Positions 27,465 to 38,884 are shown, counted from the stretch's first letter. The stretch is DNA of 62,371 nt from an uncultured Clostridia bacterium (GCA_949280815.1 CASDJM010000003.1:1-62371), one strand, 5' to 3'. The notes: a model not told the origin generated them from the sequence alone. Translations and numbers: made by a program.

Positions 27465-30400
27465 CTAGAGTGGCGACTTTGTGCCTGTCCCAAACTCGCC
27501 ACATCTCGCTACATCTAAAAATTCTGTTACATCATTTAGAATTTGTCTTTCGTTATCTGTTCCTATTTCTAGGGTTATCATAGGTTTGATGCCTGCTGAA
27601 AATTTGATTTTGTTGCCATATTTTTTTACGATTTCGGTGATGTCTAGTTCAAATTGGTTTGGTTCAAATGTGAATACAGTTGCTGTTTTTTTGCCTGCAT
27701 TTTTACTGGCTATTTTACTGATTTTTAATTGTTTTGCTAAATATTTAATTCTGCTAATTGCAATTAGGTTTTCTACTTCAGTTGGCATGTTTCCAAAACG
27801 ATCAATAATTTCGTCAATGACATTTTGTATATTTTCTTCATTTTGACAAAGTGCAATGTTTTGGTAGATTTCTATTTTTTGATTAGCATCTGCTATGTAT
27901 TCATCTGGTATATAACTTGTTACATTTAAGTCAATTTGAAGTTCTACTTCTGGCTCAACTTGAATTCCTTTCATTTCTTTTACGACTTCATCTAATAAAT
28001 GGCAATAGGTGTCATATCCTACTTGCTCTAAATGTCCTGATTGAATTTCTCCGAAGTAGACTTCCAGCACCTCTAATTTCTAAGTCTCTCATGGCAATTT
28101 TGAATCCTGAACCAAATTCCGTAAATTCTTTAATGGCTTTTAACCTTTTATCTGCTACCTCTGTTAATAGTTTGTCTTTTTTATAAGTAATATAGGCATA
28201 AGCCTGTCTTTCTGCTCTTCCTACTCTTCCTCGTATTTGATATAATTGCGCTAGCCCCATTCTGTCTGCATTTTCAACGATAATGGTGTTGGCATTTGGT
28301 ATGTCAATTCCCGATTCTAGTATCGTTGTACATACTAATACATTGGACTTACCTTCTATAAATTCCCTCATAATTTCTTCGATTTTAGTTCCAGTCATCT
28401 TTCCATGAGCATAAACGACATTTGCTTCTGGTACTAATCTTGCTATATCATCTGCTTTTTTCTGAATTCCTTCTACATTGTTGAATAGATAAAATATTTG
28501 ACCATTTCTTTCTAATTCTTTGGTAATTGCTTCTTTGATGACTTCTTCGTCATATTCTAGTACATAGGTTTGAACAGGTCTCCTATTGTGTGGTGGTTCA
28601 TAAATGACTGACATGTCTCGAATTCCTACAATTGACATATGCATCGTTCTTGGAATTGGTGTTGCAGTCATGGTTAAAACATCAACATTTGTTTTCAATT
28701 GCTTGATTTTTTCCTTATCTTTTACACCAAAGCGATGCTCTTCATCAATAATTAATAGTCCTAAATCTTTAAATTCGATATCTTTGCTCAGAATTCTGTG
28801 GGTTCCGAATTACAACATCGACTTCACCTAATTTCAGTTTTTTAACTACTTCATCTTGATATTTTTTGCTTTTAAATCGATTTAGAATTTCTACTTTGAT
28901 AGGAAAATCTTTCATTCTTTCTTTGAATTCTTGGTATTGCTGTTCTGCCAATACCGTAGTTGGTGCTAGGTAAGCAACTTGTTTGTGATCCATAACGGCT
29001 TTAAAGGTAGCCCTTAGAGCTACTTCCGTTTTTCCATATCCTACATCACCACATAGCAATCGGTCCATTGGTTTTGTCATTTCCATATCTTTTTTTACTT
29101 CTTGGATACAACGTAATTGGTCATCCGTTTCTTGATAAGGAAATTTTGCTTCAAATTCAGTTTGCCAAGGAGAATCTTGACTAAAACTAAATCCTTGTGC
29201 TTTTTCCCTTCTCGCATATAATTCAATAAGTTCTTTTGCTACTTCACGCAAATTATTTTTTACTTTTGTTTTTGTATTTTCCCATTCTTTGCTTCCCAAA
29301 CGATTGATTTTAGGCTGAATGGAATCTCCTCCAATATATTTTCGAATAGAATCTAAGTCATTGGTTGGTATATAAAGGATATCATCATCTTTATACTTTA
29401 TTTTGATGTAATCTTTTATGGTTCCATCTGCTTTAATGGTATTGACGCCAATGTAGATACCAATTCCATATCTTCTGTGAACTACGTAATCTCCTACTTT
29501 TAAGTCTGCAAATACTACTTTTTCTCCTTCTTTAAAATCATTATTTACAATTCTTTTTCTTCTTTTCTCTCCATCAATCAGATTATCAGCAACTATTACT
29601 AATTCTTTTAAATCATAAGCTTCCAATCCTGCTGATAAACTTCCAATGGTAATGGTTACAATGGATTCGTTTGCTTTTACAATAATGGTTTGGTTCAATT
29701 TTTCTTCTATTTTATTGATGATTTCTTTTTCATTTAATAAAGTTTGTAGCTTTTTTGCTTTTTCTTTTGTCGATACTAACATATAAACTTTTTTCTTTTC
29801 ATTGATTGCTTTTTGTAAATCTTCTATCAAATTTTCTAACTCGCTTTTGTAGTAATTTACTTCTCTATATGAAAATTTATATTTTTCAGTTACTAATTTA
29901 TTTTCGATATCTTGTTTTTCAACATAAACAATTTGTTTGTTTGCTAACTTTTCTTCTATGTTTTCATAGGTTAATAAATTGGCAATCACATTTGGTATGA
30001 TTTTTTCTTTTTCTACGAGAGCTTTTGTCAAATTATTGTTATCAATGGCAATGTTAGTTGCTCTTTGTTTTATTTTTCCAATTTCGTCTAAAAATATACA
30101 ATAATGAGCAGATAAATAGTCTAGAATCGTTTCTTGTTTTTCATAAAAACAATCAAAATATTTATCAATTTTGCTGATATAATTTCCTGCTTTGATTTGC
30201 TCAATATCTTCTTCTATGATTTCTCTTTGTTTCTGATTGCTAGCCGTTTCTTTTATTTTTTGACAAATCTTTTCAATGGAATTTTCTAAAATGTATTCAT
30301 GTGCTGGATAGATGGTAGCTTTTTCTAGTGTATGGATTGACCTTTGGCTTGTGATATGAAAGTTTCGAATAGAATCTACCTCATCTCCCCAAAATTCAAT

Positions 30401-30970
30401 TCTAACACCTGTTGTTTCATCGGTAGCGATATCAACAATTCCTCCACGGATACTAAATTGTCCTCTTCCTTCAATTAAATCACATCTTGCATATCCTAAC
30501 TTGACTAATTTTTGCTTGATTTCTTCTAAAGAATACGTTTCTCCTATTTTAAAATTTAGTTCATTGGCATATAAAACTGTTTTGGTTGGCAATTTTTGAA
30601 GACTTGCTTCTATGGTAGTTACTACAATTAAATTTTTCCTAAATTTTATCTGATTTAAAGCTTCAATTCTCTGGTATGGGAGCTCTTTGCTTTCTGCCAC
30701 ATAATCATAGGTTACGATTTCTTTTTTAGGAAATAATACAACATTGTCTGTAAAATATTGAATGTCTTGATATAGCTTCTTTGCTTGGATTTCATTATAG
30801 GTAATAATGCAAATTGGCTTTTTCCCGAATTCGTGAAGAGCTGTTCCGATGTGTATCATTCCCACGTCAGTTAAGCCCGATATGGCTATCGGACTTGTTT
30901 TGTTTTCGATTTGTTTTAGTAAATCAATGAATTTCTCTGATTTACCTAGTTCTCCTAAAATGGTGTTCAT
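27465..30970 (-). CDS. mfd: transcription-repair coupling factor Mfd; two +1 frame breaks at in-frame CGG codons (28807-28805 and 28053-28051)
   Basis: Three consecutive ORFs join as ...GEVDVVI-(cgg)[28 protein letters not shown]... and ...EIRGAGSLL-(cgg)[17 protein letters not shown]... It has a UvrB-like N-domain, helicase motifs and a TRG region. Confidence 0.9.
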
Positions 30971-31175
30971 TTTTTTCTCCTAGTAAATCTTGATTGCCAA
31001 AAGGATTCTTCCCTTTTGGCAATTGTATTATACTATATTTCATCCAGAAAGAAAAGCGTTATTTTGGCATTTTTTTAAAATTTGATTTTTATGTTAATTT
31101 ATGATATAATTGGATTGTAGTTTAAAACTTTGCAAAAAGTCCTCTATCATAGGATATAGGCAGAAAGGAACAGTT

Positions 31176-31367
31176 ATGCAACCAATTAAAATTACAGTTA
31201 CTAATACTCCTTTAGAGTGTCGCCAATGTAAAGGCAAATGCTGGGTACCAGACAATCAGAGCAAAACGCAACAAAATGCTTTGAATTATTTTGGGTATAT
31301 TCCCAACAATTGCATAAATGATTCAAATGGCAGGACTCATTGTCCAGTAGCTTTGAGAAATCTGTGA
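31176..31367 (+). CDS. small Cys-rich hypothetical protein (63 aa)
   Basis: ATG at 31176 follows GAAAGGAA. The product is MQPIKITVTNTPLECRQCKGKCWVPDNQSKTQQNALNYFGYIPNNCINDSNGRTHCPVALRNL. A clean terminator follows. Confidence 0.45.
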   Translation: MQPIKITVTNTPLECRQCKGKCWVPDNQSKTQQNALNYFGYIPNNCINDSNGRTHCPVALRNL

Positions 31368-31399
31368 GCATGGAAACCGTTCACATTTAAACTGTTCAG

Positions 31400-31432
31400 G
31401 AGGATATTGATTTTTTCGATATCCTCTTTTTC
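31400..31432 (+). terminator. rho-independent terminator
   Basis: GAGGATAT-(11 nt)-ATATCCTC is followed by TTTTT, convergent with the topB stop. Confidence 0.75.
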
Positions 31433-33421
31433 TTACATTTTTACAACTAATTTATCAAACTTAGCATGAATATAACTCTTCAACTTTGTCATAAACTCCT
31501 CTGGCTGAATCTCCTTCTTAGCCACCAAATCTAAGCCCTTTTCCCAACTAGCAGTAAGCTTTGGATTCAGCATATCTGGCATAGAGTGGTACACAATATC
31601 ATAAATTCTTTCTCCTTTTTCTGTTGGTGTAATAATTTGTGTTTTGCTATTTATGTCAATATATCGAATTTTCTCTAGCTTTTTCATAATTTCAGCTCTT
31701 GTTGCACTCGTTCCAATCCCTGCTCCTTTGATTTGTTCTCTCAATTCTTCCTCTTCAATTAGTTTTCCTGCATTTTCCATTGCTAAAATAATAGAACCTG
31801 AATTGTATCTCGTTGGTGGTGAAGTTTCTGCATCTTTTATTTCAAAGTTTTTAACTTCAATATTTTGGTCTTTTTTTAAATTTTTTAAAATTTCCAAGTT
31901 ACTGTTATCCTGTTTTATATCTTCTGCTTTTTTATTTTCTGTTTCTTCTGTGCCGTTGTCCACATTTTTTGCATCTTCTGTGGGTTTTTTGTCTCCTTTT
32001 TCAGTCGGTTTTAAAATTTCTAGAAATCCTTGTTTTACACATACTTTTCCACTACAATGAAAAGTCTCATTTTCAATAGCAACCGTTACTTGTATTTTAC
32101 TATATTCAGCTGGTGGATAGAAAATAGCTAGAAATCTTTTTACAATAACCTTATACACTTGTTTTTGCAAATCTGGCAATTGATTGTAATTTTCATATCC
32201 TTGTCCAGTTGGTGTAATTGCATAGTGGTCGGTAATTTTGCTATCATTGACATATTTCGTTTTCATCAAATCAGAAGAATACTTCTCATCTACCATTTTT
32301 TTAATATAACCTTGTATTTCTTCGTCCTTAAAACCTCTCGCTATGCCATTTAGATTTTTCGATATTTCTTTAGCGACTGCCTTTGAAAGTACTCTTGCAT
32401 CTGTTCTTGGATAAGTTACCAGTTTTTTTTCATATAGATTTTGTATGATTTCTAATGTTTGGTCTGGTTTGATTTTAAATCTTTTGGTACATTCATTTTG
32501 AATCTCTGCTAAATTAAATAAAAGCGGAGCATTTTCCTTTTGCTTGGATTTTTTTAGTTCTGTTATGGTTGCTTGTTTTCCTGTTAAACTGGCAATGAAA
32601 TCTTTGGCATCTTGTTCTTTTTTAAATCCTGTCTCATTATATAACTTTGTGGATTCATACATTTCTGATTTTTCATTTACTTTCCATTCTGCTTTAAAAG
32701 AGGCTTTGTCATCTCCAAACTCTCCCAAAATTTTATAATATTTTGTCTTGACAAAATCTCTGATTTCTCTTTCTCTTCCTACTATCATTCCTAATACACA
32801 TGTCATTACTCTACCTACTGATATAGAAACTTTATCCTCATGGATACTTTTCGCCAATTGTCTTCCATAAATAATGGATAATAATCTTGAAAAATTAATG
32901 CCAATCAAATAATCTTCTTTCGCCCTTAAATAAGCACTATCTGATAAGCTATCATATTCAGACAAATCTTTGGCTTCTCGAATTCCTCTTGTGATTTCTT
33001 CCTCTGTTTGGGAGTCAATCCAAACTCTTTTCATTTTTGCATTTGGATTTGGTTTTGCCATCATAAATACTAATCTTTGTATGTACTCTCCTTCACGCCC
33101 AGAATCCCCAGCATTATAGATTTCTTCAATATCTTCTCTTTGCATTAATTCTTTTACGATATTAAATTGATTTTGCACCGCTGGAATAATCTCATATTTC
33201 CAATCCTCTGGAATAAAAGGAAGTGTCTCTAATCGCCACAACTTTAATTTTTCATCGTATTTATCTGGATAACTCATCGTTACTAAATGCCCTACACACC
33301 ATGTAATAATCCAGTTCTCTGATTCTAGGTATCCATTTTTTCGATTCGTGGTTATTTTTAGTGCCTTTGCAAATTCCATAGCTACTGATGGTTTCTCTGT
33401 TATCAATAATTTTTTACCCAA
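31433..33421 (-). CDS. topB: DNA topoisomerase III
   Basis: 662 aa with a TOPRIM N-terminus (LLITEKPSVA...WCVGHL) and active-site region LVTYPRTDARVLS. Confidence 0.85.
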   Translation of the reverse strand: MGKKLLITEKPSVAMEFAKALKITTNRKNGYLESENWIITWCVGHLVTMSYPDKYDEKLKLWRLETLPFIPEDWKYEIIPAVQNQFNIVKELMQREDIEEIYNAGDSGREGEYIQRLVFMMAKPNPNAKMKRVWIDSQTEEEITRGIREAKDLSEYDSLSDSAYLRAKEDYLIGINFSRLLSIIYGRQLAKSIHEDKVSISVGRVMTCVLGMIVGREREIRDFVKTKYYKILGEFGDDKASFKAEWKVNEKSEMYESTKLYNETGFKKEQDAKDFIASLTGKQATITELKKSKQKENAPLLFNLAEIQNECTKRFKIKPDQTLEIIQNLYEKKLVTYPRTDARVLSKAVAKEISKNLNGIARGFKDEEIQGYIKKMVDEKYSSDLMKTKYVNDSKITDHYAITPTGQGYENYNQLPDLQKQVYKVIVKRFLAIFYPPAEYSKIQVTVAIENETFHCSGKVCVKQGFLEILKPTEKGDKKPTEDAKNVDNGTEETENKKAEDIKQDNSNLEILKNLKKDQNIEVKNFEIKDAETSPPTRYNSGSIILAMENAGKLIEEEELREQIKGAGIGTSATRAEIMKKLEKIRYIDINSKTQIITPTEKGERIYDIVYHSMPDMLNPKLTASWEKGLDLVAKKEIQPEEFMTKLKSYIHAKFDKLVVKM

Positions 33422-33462
33422 TTTTACTACAAATCCCTTCTTTTTTTATTACTTTATTTTTT

Positions 33463-33585
33463 GCAAAGTTTATTATATTTTTTATGAAGTGACAATTCGG
33501 GGAGGGCCAACAAGTTACAGTCTGTTATACTATTACAGACTGTTCGAAGTTGGGAGTCACAAATAAAAAATATAATAAACTTTGC
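33463..33585. repeat. MITE-like palindromic element, copy 1
   Basis: 23-bp terminal inverted repeats GCAAAGTTTATTATATTTTTTAT / ATAAAAAATATAATAAACTTTGC enclose an imperfect long hairpin (..CCAACAAGTTACAGTCTGT..ACAGACTGTTCGAAGTTGG..). It is related to 40498-40632 and 38884-39115. Confidence 0.65.
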
Positions 33586-34349
33586 TAATAAATATTATCC
33601 ACAATATATTCATTCACTATTTTCTTAACCTTCATCATTTGGTCTTTCGTCTCTGGTATCTGGTAGTGAAACTTATCAATCATCTTACTAACATAATCAT
33701 TTTTCTTCAAAACTATAAGACTATAAGAAAAATTAACATCAAAAACATAAGAAGCAAATCGTAAAATTTGGTCTGTTTCACTAATTTTATTTCTACCATC
33801 TGCTAATCTCTTTTGATATATGTCTTCTAGCATTTTTTCAGATAATCTTCCTTCTTCCACTTGTTTCATTCTTTCTGGTTTTTCCCAATAAATGACTGCT
33901 CCTTCATAGATAAGGTCTAATTTATCTGCATCTCTTATAATTTTGCAAAACAGTTCCTTCTCTTGTGATAATCCCTCTGATAATTGATACTTATTATGCT
34001 CATAGACAGCTGTATAAATAATATCGTCATAAGTATCTTCTTCTATATATTTTCTAATATAATTATCTTTTTTTAAAACCTCTACTCCTGCTTCTCCATG
34101 GTCAAATTTTTCTTTTTTATCTTTGTCTAATATTTTATATTGTTCAAATCTCCCTATATCATGAAGTAACCCAATTAATTCTGCTAATTGAATTTGCTCC
34201 TCTGTTAATTTCAAATTAGTTGCTAACTTCTTACAATTTTCTGCTACTCTTATAATGTGTCCTACCTTCATCTGTGCTCTTGGATTGTCTATTTGTAATT
34301 CGTTAACATGATTTATTAACTCTTTTTTGGCATTTTCAATATCTATCAT
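33585..34349 (-). CDS. HD domain-containing phosphohydrolase
   Basis: 254 aa with H...HD motif LIGLLHDIGRFEQ. Confidence 0.75.
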   Translation of the reverse strand: MIDIENAKKELINHVNELQIDNPRAQMKVGHIIRVAENCKKLATNLKLTEEQIQLAELIGLLHDIGRFEQYKILDKDKKEKFDHGEAGVEVLKKDNYIRKYIEEDTYDDIIYTAVYEHNKYQLSEGLSQEKELFCKIIRDADKLDLIYEGAVIYWEKPERMKQVEEGRLSEKMLEDIYQKRLADGRNKISETDQILRFASYVFDVNFSYSLIVLKKNDYVSKMIDKFHYQIPETKDQMMKVKKIVNEYIVDNIY

Positions 34350-34700
34350 AATCCCACCTCGCTTCGCATTGTATCATTTTTGTAATTTAAATTCAATAAT
34401 ATTTAAACTCAAAATAAAAAATTAGAATATTTAGATTAAACGTCATATTTTACTTGAATCCCTAAGGATTTTGTTATATAATAGACAAAGTTAGATAGAA
34501 ACGAAATAACAAATTCCAAATAACAAAATTAGAACAATAGTGGGCTGATTAATATTTTATAAAATTTAATAGGTAGAGTTCAGCCCACGTTTAATTGTTC
34601 GTCCGCGAAAATTGTAAAGCAATTTTCTGTGAAATGCTTTCTATTATAGGAAGTTCGGAGAACTTTTCTATAATAGAAAAAATGAAAGGGGTTTCAATTT

Positions 34701-37088
34701 ATGGAATACAAATTTAATGAAATCGAACAAAAATGGCAAAATTACTGGGACGAAAAAAGAACCTTTTTTACAGATGTATGGGACTTCTCAAAACCAAAAT
34801 TTTATGCATTAGACATGTTCCCTTATCCATCTGGTCAAGGTCTACATGTAGGACACCCAGAAGGATACACAGCAACCGATATTATGTCTAGAATGAAGAG
34901 AATGCAAGGATATAATGTTTTACATCCAATGGGTTGGGATGCTTTTGGCTTACCAGCAGAGCAATATGCTATTAAGACGGGAAATCATCCAGCTGGTTTT
35001 ACCGCTAACAATATTGCAACCTTTAAAAGGCAATTAAAAATGCTTGGACTTTCTTTTGATTGGGATAAAGAAATTTCCACTTGCGACCCAGATTATTATA
35101 AATGGACACAGTGGATTTTTAAACAATTATATCAAGATGGATTAGCTAAATTAGTGGAAATGCCTGTTAACTGGTGTGAAGAATTAGGTTGTGTTTTATC
35201 CAATGATGAAGTAATTAATGGCAAAAGTGAAAGAGGTAGCTTCCCTGTTGTTCGTAAGAATATGAAACAATGGGTTTTAGACATTCCTCAATATGCTGAT
35301 ATTTTATTAGATGGACTAGATGAAATTGATTGGCCTGAATCTACCAAAGAAATTCAAAGAAATTGGATTGGTCGTAGTGAAGGTGCTGAAGTTATTTTTA
35401 AAGTAGCCAATAATAATTTAGAATTTACCATTTTTACAACGAGACCAGATACTTTATTTGGTGCTACTTATTGCGTATTAGCACCAGAATTGGAGTTAGT
35501 AAATCAAATCATAACAGAAGAACAACAACAATCTGTTAATGAATATAAAAAACTAACTGCTAGTAAATCTGATTTGGAAAGAACCGAATTAAATAAAGAC
35601 AAAACTGGGGTATTTACAGGTGCCTATGCCATTAATCCAGTCAATGGAAAAAAAATTCCTATTTGGATTTCCGATTATGTTTTAGCGACTTATGGTACAG
35701 GATGTATTATGGCTGTTCCTGCCCATGACCAAAGAGATTATGAATTTGCTACTAAATTTGATATTGACATTATCCCCGTTTTACAAGGTGGCGATATTTC
35801 AAAAGAAGCTTTTACGGAAGATGGACCTCACATCAATTCTAGTTTCCTAGATGGTTTAGGAAAAGAAGAGTCGATTCATAAAATGATTGCTTGGTTAGAA
35901 GAAAACAAAATTGGTACAAAAAAAGTAAATTATAAACTCCGTGAATGGATTTTTGCAAGACAACGTTATTGGGGTGAACCAATTCCAATTGTGTATGTAG
36001 ATGATGAAATGAAGGCATTAGCAGATAGTGATTTACCTTTAGTTTTACCTAAATTAGAAGACTATGCTCCATCAAAAGCTGGTGCTTCTCCTTTAGATAA
36101 AGCAACTGATTGGGTGAATACTGAATTTAATCATAAACCTGCTAAACGTGAAACAAGTACCATGCCAGGAGCTGCTGGTTCCAGTTGGTATTTCTTAAGA
36201 TATATCGACCCTAAAAATCAAGATGAATTAGCTAATAAAAAATTACTAGAATATTGGTTACCTGTTGATTTATATGTTGGCGGTCCAGAACATGCTGTTG
36301 GACATTTATTATATTCTAGATTCTGGAATCAATATTTGTACAATAAAGGGGTAGTTCCTGTCAAAGAACCATTTGCTAAACTTCGTCATCAAGGTATGAT
36401 TTTAGGTACCAATGGCGAAAAAATGAGTAAATCCAAAGGAAATGTTATTAATCCTGATGATATGATAAAACAATATGGTGCCGATAGCTTGAGAGTTTAT
36501 GAAATGTTTATGGGACCAATTGATGCTGCCAAGCCATGGGATCCAAATGGAATTGATGGATCTAAGAAATTCTTAGATAGAGTGTGGAGATTGTATACGG
36601 AATCTGAAAAAATAAAAGATGAAGTAAATCCAAATCTTGAAAGAGTTTATCACTATACCGTAAAAAAGGTAACAAATGATTATGAAACGATGAATTTCAA
36701 TACAGCTATTTCGCAAATGATGATTTTTATTAACACGGTTAATAAAGAAGAAGTCTTCCCTCTTACTTATGCAGAAGGATTTTTGAAATTATTAAATCCT
36801 ATTGCACCTCATATCACAGAAGAATTGTGGAATATTTTAGGGCATACTGCTACTATTACTTACGAAAAATGGCCTGAGTATGATGAAGAAAAAACAATTG
36901 CCAATGAAATAACATTACCAATTCAATTTAATGGTAAATTAAAAGCAACAATTCAAATTATTCCTGATGAAAGTGATGAAGTTGTGAAACAAAAAGTGCA
37001 CGAAACAATTGATTCTAAATTAGAGGGTAAAAGGATTATAAAAGAAATTTATGTAAAAAATAAGATTTATAATATAGTTGTAAAATAA
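34701..37088 (+). CDS. leuS: leucine--tRNA ligase
   Basis: 795 aa with the HIGH motif (HVGHPEGY), KMSKS, and CP1 editing domain. Confidence 0.95.
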   Translation: MEYKFNEIEQKWQNYWDEKRTFFTDVWDFSKPKFYALDMFPYPSGQGLHVGHPEGYTATDIMSRMKRMQGYNVLHPMGWDAFGLPAEQYAIKTGNHPAGFTANNIATFKRQLKMLGLSFDWDKEISTCDPDYYKWTQWIFKQLYQDGLAKLVEMPVNWCEELGCVLSNDEVINGKSERGSFPVVRKNMKQWVLDIPQYADILLDGLDEIDWPESTKEIQRNWIGRSEGAEVIFKVANNNLEFTIFTTRPDTLFGATYCVLAPELELVNQIITEEQQQSVNEYKKLTASKSDLERTELNKDKTGVFTGAYAINPVNGKKIPIWISDYVLATYGTGCIMAVPAHDQRDYEFATKFDIDIIPVLQGGDISKEAFTEDGPHINSSFLDGLGKEESIHKMIAWLEENKIGTKKVNYKLREWIFARQRYWGEPIPIVYVDDEMKALADSDLPLVLPKLEDYAPSKAGASPLDKATDWVNTEFNHKPAKRETSTMPGAAGSSWYFLRYIDPKNQDELANKKLLEYWLPVDLYVGGPEHAVGHLLYSRFWNQYLYNKGVVPVKEPFAKLRHQGMILGTNGEKMSKSKGNVINPDDMIKQYGADSLRVYEMFMGPIDAAKPWDPNGIDGSKKFLDRVWRLYTESEKIKDEVNPNLERVYHYTVKKVTNDYETMNFNTAISQMMIFINTVNKEEVFPLTYAEGFLKLLNPIAPHITEELWNILGHTATITYEKWPEYDEEKTIANEITLPIQFNGKLKATIQIIPDESDEVVKQKVHETIDSKLEGKRIIKEIYVKNKIYNIVVK

Positions 37089-37137
37089 TTTATTTAGCCT
37101 ATTAGGACTGTGTTTTTATCTAAGTTCTAATAGGCTT

Positions 37138-37551
37138 TTATAAACCTTGAACTTTATTTGTTAAATAATCAATTTCTATATCATGATTTTCTAGTTTTTT
37201 CTCGCAAAAGCTGATTTTTTCTTCTTGTGTTTCTATCTTTTCTGTATTTACTGCAAAAGCATCAAATACTGCCCTTAATTTGTCTGCATGCTCGTGCTCA
37301 ATGACAGCTACACTTCTGCTGATATTTCTTATATCTTGTTGCATTTCTGGTATCTTTGCTACTTCTTTCTGCATTTGTGCTATGTCTTTCTGCATTTCTG
37401 GTATCTTTGCTATGTCTTTCTGCATTTCTGGTATCTTTGCTATCTCTTTCTGCATTTCTGGTATCTTTGCTACTTGTTCCTGGATAATATCTATTTTTAC
37501 ATTAATATTTTCGATAGCCGCCAAGATTTCATTTTTTGCATACTCCTGCAT
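37138..37551 (-). CDS. coiled-coil hypothetical protein with tandem 10-aa AKIPEMQK(D/E)I repeats
   Basis: 137 aa intact ORF with an RBS. It contains 4-5 decapeptide repeats encoded by 30-bp DNA repeats. Confidence 0.6.
   Translation of the reverse strand: MQEYAKNEILAAIENINVKIDIIQEQVAKIPEMQKEIAKIPEMQKDIAKIPEMQKDIAQMQKEVAKIPEMQQDIRNISRSVAVIEHEHADKLRAVFDAFAVNTEKIETQEEKISFCEKKLENHDIEIDYLTNKVQGL
37338..37475. repeat. 30-bp tandem repeats (about 4.5 units) inside the 37138-37551 CDS
   Basis: The unit CTGCATTTCTGGTATCTTTGCTATGTCTTTC is repeated with 1-3 substitutions. Confidence 0.85.
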
Positions 37552-37780
37552 AAAACTTCCTCCTTTCCTATTTTTTTACAACTAATTGTGTTATTATTAT
37601 ACCTAGCTAGAACTAATATGTCAAGAAAAATCTATAGACAATTTTCGACTTTTACTTCCTTGCATCTTCTTTTTTTATTACTTTCTGTCATAAAACTGTA
37701 AATAACATTTAATATTCCTGAAACACATTTCCTCTATTTTTATAGTATAATAGGCTTAGATTGTACTAAGGAGAATATCT

Positions 37781-38884
37781 ATGAGTGTAGAAACAGATTT
37801 AAAAAAAGACGGAATTGAAGTAATAGAAACATTAAATACTCTAAAAATCAATTCAATTGCACGAAATATATCACAAAAAATTTGTGCAACATTTCCTGAA
37901 TATGGTTTTAATCAAAATGAGTTATTTATCCGATTATCTCGATTAAATATGTATCGAGCAAAAATGCCAGAAGGAATGGCAGAAGCAAATTATTTTTACA
38001 AAAATACCTCTATTTATTTTAATTCACACATTGCAGATGAAGACTTAGAAGAATTTGCTGTTCATGAATGTATTCATTACATTCAAGAGGTAAAAGATAA
38101 AAGAAATTACCTGATAAGAATGGGACTTTGTGATTATACAGAATTTAAAGTATATGGACTAGGCATAAATGAAGCTTCTGTTCAATTAATAGCTTCTAAA
38201 ATCAACTCCATTCCAAAAGACTATGTAAAATATTTCGGTATTAGTTTTGAAACGACTAGTCCTTCTTATTATCCTTTAGAATGTTGTTTGGTCAATCAAT
38301 TAGCTTATATTACTAGTGAAGATGTTTTGTTTGAAAGTACCTTAAAAAGCAATGATAACTTTAAAAAAGTATTTTCTGAATTAACCTCTCCAAAAGTTTT
38401 TATGGCTGTTCAAAATGCTATTGATGATATCCTTTATCATGAAGAAGATATTATCAAAATGAATAATAAAATTGCTCAAATTGAGGATAGAAATAAAAAA
38501 GTAGATGGAATGATTAAAAAGATAGATGAATTAAAAAATGAAATTACTTTAATTTTTATGAGAACACAAAATCTCATCATTTCTAGTTATTTTGATACTG
38601 CTTTTGATAGAATTATAGATTTAGAAGGTATTGAAGCATATAGAAAAAAATTATATACCTTCAGAGATTTTATTGGATTTACAGATGGATATACCTTTTT
38701 TAATGATTATTATGTTGCAAAAATGGAAAAACTAGAACACAAATATAACTTATTAGAGAATGGACAGTTTGAGACAGCTCTTAAAGTTGTTACAAAAAAA
38801 GAAAATATATTTATTCGTGTTATTAAAACATTGAAAAAACTTATCTTCGGTGCACCTACCGAAGAAGAAAATATGCCATATTAA
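37781..38884 (+). CDS. hypothetical protein with an HExxH motif (possible metallopeptidase-like fold)
   Basis: 367 aa with AAGGAG RBS. A single HECIH occurs in EEFAVHECIHYIQE, and the C-terminal half is predicted helical. Confidence 0.5.
   Translation: MSVETDLKKDGIEVIETLNTLKINSIARNISQKICATFPEYGFNQNELFIRLSRLNMYRAKMPEGMAEANYFYKNTSIYFNSHIADEDLEEFAVHECIHYIQEVKDKRNYLIRMGLCDYTEFKVYGLGINEASVQLIASKINSIPKDYVKYFGISFETTSPSYYPLECCLVNQLAYITSEDVLFESTLKSNDNFKKVFSELTSPKVFMAVQNAIDDILYHEEDIIKMNNKIAQIEDRNKKVDGMIKKIDELKNEITLIFMRTQNLIISSYFDTAFDRIIDLEGIEAYRKKLYTFRDFIGFTDGYTFFNDYYVAKMEKLEHKYNLLENGQFETALKVVTKKENIFIRVIKTLKKLIFGAPTEEENMPY

Noticed and set aside
34350-34700. A T-box leader for leuS.
   Set aside because: No conserved T-box sequence, specifier-loop context or terminator/antiterminator pair could be identified by eye. 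It is kept as an open question in the findings.
37338-37475. A possible CRISPR array, suggested by regular ~30-bp repeats.
   Set aside because: The repeats are directly tandem with no spacers, lie inside an intact ORF, and encode a decapeptide repeat. There are no cas genes in the window.
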